Shown: positions 25,987 through 32,000 of the stretch, one piece after another
Layout of the letters: the number at the start of each line of letters is the position of its first letter
Position numbering within the stretch: the first letter of the stretch is position 1
NCBI GenBank assembly: GCA_965224675.1
Contig: CBDDAA010000004.1
Span: 1,387,770-1,419,769, forward strand
Direction: 5' to 3'
Length of the DNA: 32,000 nt
DNA from: Granulosicoccaceae bacterium
GTDB taxonomy: Bacteria > Pseudomonadota > Gammaproteobacteria > Granulosicoccales > Granulosicoccaceae
Position numbers and translations under genes: made by a program
The notes under the pieces: generated by a model
The model's database searches: none
What the model saw: only the letters and a program-made list of their open reading frames with translations
Told to the model about the DNA's origin: nothing

Positions 25987-27201
25987 ATGACAACAGAAGC
26001 TTATATATTTGACGCTGTTCGTACACCCATCGCCCGTTACGGTGGCGCTTTATCCAGTATCCGTACCGACGATCTTGCCTCTTTGCCGCTAAAAGCGTTG
26101 ATGCAGCGAAACCCGGATGTTGATTGGCACACTGTTGATGACATCATTCTGGGCTGTGCCAACCAAGCGGGTGAGGACAACCGGAATGTCGCAAGAATGG
26201 CGGGATTGCTCGCCGGTCTGCCCACGAGTGTACCCGCGAGTACTATCAATCGTCTCTGTGGCTCGGGTATGGACGCCATTGGCATAACTGCCCGATCACT
26301 TAAATCCGGTGAAACCTCATTGATGATGGCAGGTGGTGTTGAATCCATGTCGCGAGCGCCTTTTGTTATGCCTAAAGCGACTTCTGCGTTTAGCCGTGAG
26401 AATGAGGTATTTGATACTACCATTGGTTGGCGGTTCATCAATAAACTTATGCATGAACAGTATGGTACAGACTCAATGCCAGAAACGGCAGAGAATGTTG
26501 CAAATGATTTTCACATTTCCCGCAAGGATCAGGACGCTTTTGCCTGGCGAAGCCAGCAACGTACTATTGCTGCGCAGTCGGCAGGTTTTTTTGCCGAAGA
26601 GATAATTCCTGTATGGATTAAACAGCGCAAGAGTGAAGATTTACAATTTGCGCGTGATGAGCATCCAAGGGCTAGTGTTACTATGGCGGACCTTGCGAAA
26701 TTGTCAACACCTTTTCGTGTTAATGGTACAGTTACGCCAGGCAATGCTTCTGGTATAAATGACGGTGCCTGTGCACTGTTATTAGGCACTGCAGAGGCTG
26801 CGAAACAATTTAAATTTGAACCCGATGCACGTGTTGTCGCAATGGCGACGGTGGGTGTAGAGCCACGTATCATGGGTTTTGCACCTGCCCCGGCAATTGA
26901 AAGGGTGCTAAAGACAGCGGGGCTTTCATTGCAGCAAATGGATGTGATTGAACTCAACGAAGCTTTTGCAGCACAAGTGCTTGCCGTGTTGCGGCATTTT
27001 AAACTCGATGATGATGCTGAACATGTCAATCCTAACGGAGGTGCAATCGCATTGGGTCACCCGTTGGCTATGAGTGGTGCCAGACTTGTCACTACAGCCA
27101 TGAAGCAACTGCATCGTACACAAGGCAAATATGCGCTGTGCGCGATGTGCATTGGCGTAGGGCAGGGTATAGCCATGGTTATCGAAAATACCCGGCTGTA
27201 G
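25987..27201 (+). CDS. paaJ: 3-oxoadipyl-CoA / 3-oxo-5,6-dehydrosuberyl-CoA thiolase
   Basis: It contains 'IFDAVRTPIARYGGAL', 'INRLCGSGMDAI' (active Cys), 'NPNGGAIALGHPLAMSGARL' and 'CIGVGQGIAMVIE'. ATG 25987 matches the usual thiolase N-terminus; GTG 25981 is an alternative start. Confidence 0.92.
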   Translation: MTTEAYIFDAVRTPIARYGGALSSIRTDDLASLPLKALMQRNPDVDWHTVDDIILGCANQAGEDNRNVARMAGLLAGLPTSVPASTINRLCGSGMDAIGITARSLKSGETSLMMAGGVESMSRAPFVMPKATSAFSRENEVFDTTIGWRFINKLMHEQYGTDSMPETAENVANDFHISRKDQDAFAWRSQQRTIAAQSAGFFAEEIIPVWIKQRKSEDLQFARDEHPRASVTMADLAKLSTPFRVNGTVTPGNASGINDGACALLLGTAEAAKQFKFEPDARVVAMATVGVEPRIMGFAPAPAIERVLKTAGLSLQQMDVIELNEAFAAQVLAVLRHFKLDDDAEHVNPNGGAIALGHPLAMSGARLVTTAMKQLHRTQGKYALCAMCIGVGQGIAMVIENTRL

Positions 27202-27283
27202 ATTTATTATGATTTGTATGGAGGTACACTCCCATCGACAACTCTATGTTGTTAAAATATTATCAGTAATTCCAGCAGTAAAT

Positions 27284-27291
27284 TGATACAT
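27284..27291. promoter_or_regulatory. Candidate PaaX operator half-site upstream of paaK
   Basis: An exact TGATACAT lies in the 118-bp paaJ-paaK spacer, about 29 nt upstream of ATG 27320. Confidence 0.3.
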
Positions 27292-27319
27292 ACCTTGAAG
27301 CCAGCAACGGGAAAACGCT

Positions 27320-28612
27320 ATGAGTGACAACCATCCAGATCAGTTGGAAGCGATAGAAAAAGCCAGTGTTGATGAACTGCGTGGTTTACAGCTCGAGCGC
27401 TTGAAATGGAGTTTAAGTCACGCCTACAATAATGTTGCCTTTTATAAAAAACAGTTTGATGAAAATAATATACATCCTTCTGATCTTAAGTCTTTAGATG
27501 ATCTGTCTAAGTTCCCCTTTACCGTAAAAGATGATCTGCGTGACAACTATCCCTTCGGTATGTTTGCCGTGCCCCGCGAACAAGTTGTTCGCATTCACGC
27601 GTCTTCAGGAACCACTGGAAAACCAACAGTTGTCGGTTATACCCGCAATGATGTTGATACGTGGGCGACCGTTGTTGCCCGATCAATTCGTGCTGCAGGC
27701 GGAAGATCCGGTGATGTTTGCCATGTGTCTTATGGTTATGGATTGTTTACGGGTGGACTGGGTGCTCACTATGGCGCAGAAAAATTGGGCTGTACGGTTA
27801 TTCCAGTATCGGGTGGGCAAACCGCTAAGCAAGTGCAGCTGATTATGGATTTTGCGGCAAGAATTATTATGGTGACCCCATCCTATTGCCTGAATATAGC
27901 GGATGAGCTGGAACGCCAGGGGGTAGGGCCAGAGCAGTGTCCGCTACAGATTGGTATTTTTGGCGCTGAGCCGTGGACCAATGAAATGCGCATGCAAATT
28001 GAAAAGCGCCTGGGCATAGATGCCGTTGATATTTACGGATTGTCGGAAGTGATTGGTCCAGGGGTTGCACAAGAGTGTGTCGAAACCAAGGATGGGCCGA
28101 CAATCTGGGAAGATCACTTTTACCCTGAAGTGATAAACCCCGATACAGGTGAGCGGGTAGAAGATGGGCGGGACGGAGAGTTGGTTTTCACTTCATTGAC
28201 AAAAGAAGCCTTTCCTATTATCCGTTACCGAACCCGTGATTTAACCTGCCTGTTACCTGGAACCGCCCGGCCCATGCGACGTTTTAACAAGATAACCGGC
28301 CGCAGCGATGACATGATGATTATTCGTGGTGTAAATGTCTTTCCCAGTCAGATAGAAGAAATTATTCTACAACAAAATGGTATGGCGCCTTATTATCAGA
28401 TTGAACTGACCCGTATTGGAAATATGGACGCGATTACAATTAACGCAGAAGCGCTACCCGGTGTTTCAACGGACAAACGCAAGGAAATGGCAAATCAGGT
28501 GCAAAAAGCGGTTAAGGATTTTGTTGGCATTGCCGCACCCGTCATTGTGCATGAAGCCGGGCAGGTGGTGCGTTCAGAGGGTAAGGCACAACGTATCATC
28601 GATAATCGTTAA
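27320..28612 (+). CDS. paaK: Phenylacetate-CoA ligase
   Basis: 430 aa. It contains 'RIHASSGTTGKPTVVGYT' (AMP-binding P-loop), 'YGLSEVIGPGVA', 'YRTRDL' and 'GRSDDMMIIRGVNVFPSQIE'. Confidence 0.93.
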   Translation: MSDNHPDQLEAIEKASVDELRGLQLERLKWSLSHAYNNVAFYKKQFDENNIHPSDLKSLDDLSKFPFTVKDDLRDNYPFGMFAVPREQVVRIHASSGTTGKPTVVGYTRNDVDTWATVVARSIRAAGGRSGDVCHVSYGYGLFTGGLGAHYGAEKLGCTVIPVSGGQTAKQVQLIMDFAARIIMVTPSYCLNIADELERQGVGPEQCPLQIGIFGAEPWTNEMRMQIEKRLGIDAVDIYGLSEVIGPGVAQECVETKDGPTIWEDHFYPEVINPDTGERVEDGRDGELVFTSLTKEAFPIIRYRTRDLTCLLPGTARPMRRFNKITGRSDDMMIIRGVNVFPSQIEEIILQQNGMAPYYQIELTRIGNMDAITINAEALPGVSTDKRKEMANQVQKAVKDFVGIAAPVIVHEAGQVVRSEGKAQRIIDNR

Positions 28613-28640
28613 TGAGAGTCACTGCGCAGAAGGATCTGTT

Positions 28641-29840
28641 ATGACTTTTCCACCACGTTCTGTTGCAACAACACTGACCCTTTCTGCGCTTGTGGCATTG
28701 GGTCCTTTATCAACAGATATGTATTTGCCTGCGTTGCCACGAATTGCCAATGAATTTAATGAGAGCGTGGCCAATGTACAGTTAACCCTGAGTCTGTTTT
28801 TGTTTGGATTTGCCATAGCGCAATTGTTTTACGGCGTTCTATCCGATCGATTTGGGCGTAAACCTGTGTTGTTGAGTGGAATGGCAATATTCATAGTTGC
28901 GAGCATCGGCTGCTCATTGACTGAAAACATCTACGCTCTGATGTTTTTCAGGCTATTGCAAGCGCTGGGTGGTAGTGCAGGCCCGGTATTAGGCCGGGCA
29001 ATAGTCAGGGATTTTTACAAGCCGGCGGACGCTGGAAAAGTATTGTCTCAAATCGCAATGGTGATGGGGGTGGCACCAGCGGTAGCTCCCATTATCGGCG
29101 GTTTTTTTACTGTATATCTAGGTTGGCAGTCTATTTTTTGGTTTTTAGCGCTTTATGGGCTAATAGGTGCCTGGGTGTTTAAAGACAAAGTTGTTGAGTC
29201 TGCACCCGCTGAGTTCCGTCAATCGCAGTCAATGTCGATTATCCTGAAAAATTATAAGCAATTACTTAGTGATCGTGTTTATATGGGCTTTACTCTGGCT
29301 TGCGGTTTCTCTGCCGCCGGTCTATTGTCGTTTATCTCGGGCTCGTCATTCGTCTTAATCGATTTATTTGGTGTCTCTGAGCAGCGATTTGGCCTGTTTT
29401 TTATGTTAATGGTGGCAGGTTATATTATTGGATCTTACATAGGTAGCAGGTTAAGCCACACTAAAGGACACCATTTTTTGGTGGGTCTTGGCTGTGTTTT
29501 TTGTTATTTTTCTGGAGCTTTAATGCTTATTCTCTGCAGCCTGGAGAGCGTTGGCATTGCCTCCGTGATTGTCCCGATGATGCTGTTCGCCGCCGGTGTT
29601 GGCTTGGTCATGCCGCAATCAATGGCCGGTGCGTTGGCTCACTATCCACATATTGCAGGAACGGCATCTGGCCTGCTTGGATTTCTGCAAATGATGTTGA
29701 GTGGTATTGCTGGTGCAATTGTTGGTCATGCCTATAACGATTCAGCGGTTCCCATGGCATTTATGATTGCACTGATGGGTTTGTTCTCAATGCTGTCGTT
29801 TTTGCTGTTGGTGGCTATTAGAACCCGTGCTGGCAAATAA
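28641..29840 (+). CDS. MFS transporter, Bcr/CflA drug-resistance subfamily
   Basis: ATG 28641 follows an AAGGA RBS; the track ORF from 28416 overlaps paaK. 'LSTDMYLPALPRIANEF...QLTLSLFLFGFAIAQLFYGVLSDRFGRKPVLL' is the Bcr/CflA signature. It has about 12 TM helices. Confidence 0.85.
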   Translation: MTFPPRSVATTLTLSALVALGPLSTDMYLPALPRIANEFNESVANVQLTLSLFLFGFAIAQLFYGVLSDRFGRKPVLLSGMAIFIVASIGCSLTENIYALMFFRLLQALGGSAGPVLGRAIVRDFYKPADAGKVLSQIAMVMGVAPAVAPIIGGFFTVYLGWQSIFWFLALYGLIGAWVFKDKVVESAPAEFRQSQSMSIILKNYKQLLSDRVYMGFTLACGFSAAGLLSFISGSSFVLIDLFGVSEQRFGLFFMLMVAGYIIGSYIGSRLSHTKGHHFLVGLGCVFCYFSGALMLILCSLESVGIASVIVPMMLFAAGVGLVMPQSMAGALAHYPHIAGTASGLLGFLQMMLSGIAGAIVGHAYNDSAVPMAFMIALMGLFSMLSFLLLVAIRTRAGK

Positions 29841-30014
29841 TCAGTGCTGAAACATTACATTGGCGGATAAGGCAACTTGCAATTTTACTCAGATCTCTAT
29901 AAATTTGATTTCGATCAAAACATTTTTTAGAAGTGAAGCTTTAGTCTCCTCATACGGTGTTATGGTTCACTTCCAAGCGCTTAGCCCTTTGTTTTTGTAT
30001 TTTCACAGATTAAT

Positions 30015-30150
30015 AGCCTGTTGAAAAAGTCTCTGATGAGTATCAGGCAAGGCAAAATCAGACGAAAAAACGCAATTTATACGCAGTAAATGAGTATTTT
30101 GAGCCTGATTTTAACGCCGCATGATGCCGTCAGAGGGTTTTCAATGGGCT
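30015..30150. repeat. Imperfect 136-bp nested inverted repeat (REP/MITE-like element or structured RNA)
   Basis: There are three colinear complementary arm pairs. 30015-30027 pairs with 30138-30150 (11/13). 30031-30036 pairs with 30130-30135 (6/6). 30054-30061 pairs with 30105-30112 (8/8). The internal loops are a symmetric 17/17 nt. Confidence 0.4.
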
Positions 30151-30224
30151 GTTAGAAATAGTTGTTATCTGAAACCAGTATTTAATTCAACGTACAAAAA
30201 TATACTTAAAAAGAGGAATACATT

Positions 30225-31241
30225 ATGAATAGTGCTCGAATTTATATAACAGGACTCATCATCGCCTCCGGTGTCTTGTTTGCATCGACAGAAGTATTTG
30301 CTGAAAAGGTGATGCGCGTTGGCTCCTGGTTGCCACCTAAACATACGATGAATGCTGATGTTTTACCTACCTGGGGTAAATGGATTGAGGCAGCGACAGA
30401 AGGGCGGGTCACACTAAAAATAGAATATCCAGGTGGTCATCCCAAAGCCTTATTGGATCAAGTGCAAGATGGTGCGTTTGATGCGGCATGGACATTTCAC
30501 GGTTATTTTCCGGGGCGTTTTAAGCTCACTAAAATTGTTGAGCTACCTAATCTGGGTGCAGGCGCTGAGCAGGCATCTATCGCACATTGGCGGATTAATG
30601 AAAAGTATCTGGCCAAGGCGGGAGAACATAAGGGTGTAATTCTCGGCGCTTTGTTTACTCATGGGCCAGGTCAGATTCATTTGCGCGAACCGATTAAAAG
30701 CCTGTCTGAGATGAAAGGTAAAAAGATTCGTATCGGCGGTGGTGTGCAAACAGAAATTGCTAGCCGAATGGGTGTGGAAGGTGTCGCGGCACCAGGGTCA
30801 AAAGTTTACGAAATTCTCTCACAAGGGGTCGCAGATGGTGTTTTTATGCCCTTGGGTGAAAAACGAACACTGCGTCTGAAAGAGGTTGCGCCTTTTAGTA
30901 TTAAATTTCCCAATGGCATGTATCTAGGCAGTTTTGGCGTTTTCCTGAACGAAGGTTTTATGGCCTCTTTAGATGAAAAGGACCGCAATGCGATTCTATC
31001 AGTCTCCGGCGAGAAACTCTCTGCAATGGCGGGTAAATTCTGGGGGGAAGATGCCAAGGTGGGAGAGCAGGATGCCCGGGACTCTGGCAATACGATAATG
31101 GATGCGAGCGATGAGATGCTGGCGGACTTTGACAAAATGACCGACGATATGGAAGGCGAATGGCTGAATTCTGTCAAGGACAGGGGAATAGATGCCGAGG
31201 CAGCGCTGAAAGAACTTCGCCAAATTGCACGTTCGCTTTAG
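30225..31241 (+). CDS. TRAP transporter substrate-binding protein (DctP family)
   Basis: It has a signal peptide and a strong AGAGGA RBS. The DctP-like pattern includes 'MRVGSWLPPKH', 'KGKKIRIGGG' and 'GVADGVFMP'. DctQ and DctM genes follow it. Confidence 0.85.
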   Translation: MNSARIYITGLIIASGVLFASTEVFAEKVMRVGSWLPPKHTMNADVLPTWGKWIEAATEGRVTLKIEYPGGHPKALLDQVQDGAFDAAWTFHGYFPGRFKLTKIVELPNLGAGAEQASIAHWRINEKYLAKAGEHKGVILGALFTHGPGQIHLREPIKSLSEMKGKKIRIGGGVQTEIASRMGVEGVAAPGSKVYEILSQGVADGVFMPLGEKRTLRLKEVAPFSIKFPNGMYLGSFGVFLNEGFMASLDEKDRNAILSVSGEKLSAMAGKFWGEDAKVGEQDARDSGNTIMDASDEMLADFDKMTDDMEGEWLNSVKDRGIDAEAALKELRQIARSL

Positions 31242-31264
31242 TTTAGTAAAGAGACTCTGACCCG

Positions 31265-31798
31265 GTGGGAATAGAAGCGGATTCCGAAATAAGGCCAGTC
31301 AGGTGGCTGGCCTTTGCCCTGAAGTTTCTGGCTGGCAGCACACTTTTTGCGTTAATGCTGACAACCTGTATCGATGTTATCGGTCGTTATGTTTTTAATC
31401 GACCATTAACGGGTTCAACTGAATTGACTGAAATGGCTGTGGGAATTATTGTGTTCTCAGTATTTCCAATCATCTGTTGGCGTGAAGAGCATGTAGTGGT
31501 TGATATCTTTGATCGATTTGTATCACCCAAAGTTGGATTTGTCCGCACAATACTAATCAATATCTGTTCAGCGGTAGGACTCATCTTTGTAGGTTATCGG
31601 ATCATTGTGCTAGGCAACCGTTCACTGGGTTATGGTGAAGTAAGCGAGTATCTTGCAATACCAACCGGCTATATGATTAATTTTATAGGCTCCATGTGCT
31701 GGTTATCTGCATTTCTATTGTTGATGGTCAGCCTATACGGAGCTTGCCAATCCATGCAGTTTTTACGAAAACCGGCTAAAGGCGGCAGTAGCCAGTGA
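31265..31798 (+). CDS. TRAP transporter small permease (DctQ family)
   Basis: 177 aa and 4 predicted TM helices. 'DVIGRYVFNRPLTGSTELTEMAV' is the typical DctQ motif. The start is GTG 31265 and is uncertain. Confidence 0.8.
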   Translation: MGIEADSEIRPVRWLAFALKFLAGSTLFALMLTTCIDVIGRYVFNRPLTGSTELTEMAVGIIVFSVFPIICWREEHVVVDIFDRFVSPKVGFVRTILINICSAVGLIFVGYRIIVLGNRSLGYGEVSEYLAIPTGYMINFIGSMCWLSAFLLLMVSLYGACQSMQFLRKPAKGGSSQ

Positions 31799-32000
31799 GT
31801 GTGCCACTGATTGGATTTGCGTGTTTATTGCTGTTGATATTTGCACGTGTACCCATCGGGTTCGCGATGGCATTTGTGGGTTTTTTCGGATTCGCCTACC
31901 TGAACGATTTTAATTGGATACCCGCTTTATCCATGTCTGCCCGGCGCGTAATCGACACCTCACAAGACTACGGTCTATCGGTAATTCCGTTGTTTATACT
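31795..32000 (+). CDS. TRAP transporter large permease (DctM family), N-terminal fragment
   Basis: A GTGA start/stop overlap joins it to dctQ. It translates to 'VSVPLIGFACLLLLIFARVPIGFAMAFVGFFGFAYL...DYGLSVIPLFI', a typical DctM N-terminus, and the frame runs off the window. Confidence 0.75.
   Translation, partial: MSVPLIGFACLLLLIFARVPIGFAMAFVGFFGFAYLNDFNWIPALSMSARRVIDTSQDYGLSVIPLFI

Noticed and set aside
26529-27029. A 166-aa antisense ORF inside paaJ. Similar antisense or shadow ORFs occur at 3654-4118, 4816-5235, 8081-8386, 21624-22028 and 24721-25026.
   Set aside because: They lie wholly within strongly supported genes on the opposite strand. Their composition is low-complexity and Ser/Ala/Arg-rich, and they show no recognisable motifs. 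These are typical shadow ORFs.
28416-28640. A 75-aa N-terminal extension of the MFS transporter ORF, which would make a 474-aa protein.
   Set aside because: It overlaps the 3' end of paaK in a different frame. ATG 28641 has an AAGGA RBS and begins right at the Bcr/CflA N-terminus.
30033-30067. CTGATGAG...CGAAA, which resembles the hammerhead ribozyme core.
   Set aside because: The sequence between the two boxes does not form a stem II helix. I could not find stems I or III or a cleavage-site triplet. The CTGAT/ATCAG pairing is just a local 5-bp hairpin.
1-32000. A search for CRISPR arrays, tRNA/rRNA genes, IS elements, integrases, toxin-antitoxin pairs and tandem repeats.
   Set aside because: Reading both strands turned up no repeat-spacer periodicity, cloverleaf-like sequence, transposase or recombinase motif, or small paired ORFs. 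Their absence is stated, but it was not computationally verified.

Overview
This is a gene-dense chromosomal window from a Gram-negative bacterium, probably a gammaproteobacterium (inference from gene content). It reads as moderately AT-rich by eye. No rRNA, tRNA, CRISPR array, transposase or integrase was recognised. There are four blocks. (1) 1-5617 (+): the tail of a type II secretion / type IV pilus-like (MSHA-like) assembly locus, with a GspF/PilC platform protein C-terminus, a cysteine-free GspG-like prepilin, PilM/N/O/P-like proteins joined by ATGA overlaps, and a secretin with an unusual C-terminal tail. (2) 5655-10191 (-): DUF1330, a MOFRL-type glycerate 2-kinase, and a 994-aa fusion of a SerC-like aminotransferase with a D-2-hydroxyacid dehydrogenase. 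(3) 10476-28612: a complete phenylacetate (paa) catabolon, with paaABCDE (-), paaX (+), paaZ-paaY (-) and paaFGHIJK (+). Between paaX and paaZ it is interrupted by three unrelated genes. (4) 28641-32000 (+): a Bcr/CflA MFS transporter and a TRAP transporter (DctP/Q/M). The best candidate for something undescribed is the 862-aa orphan protein at 16379-18967, which joins a degenerate PfkB/ribokinase-like module, a classic AAA+ ATPase and tandem RyR repeats. It is transcribed divergently from a hemolysin-III/PAQR membrane protein, inside the insertion that splits the paa cluster. Other points: the aminotransferase-dehydrogenase fusion, a recurring TATGATACA motif at paa promoter regions (candidate PaaX operator), a 136-bp nested inverted repeat upstream of the TRAP genes, and the secretin tail. 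All functional calls come from reading motifs in the translated ORFs; no database search was run.
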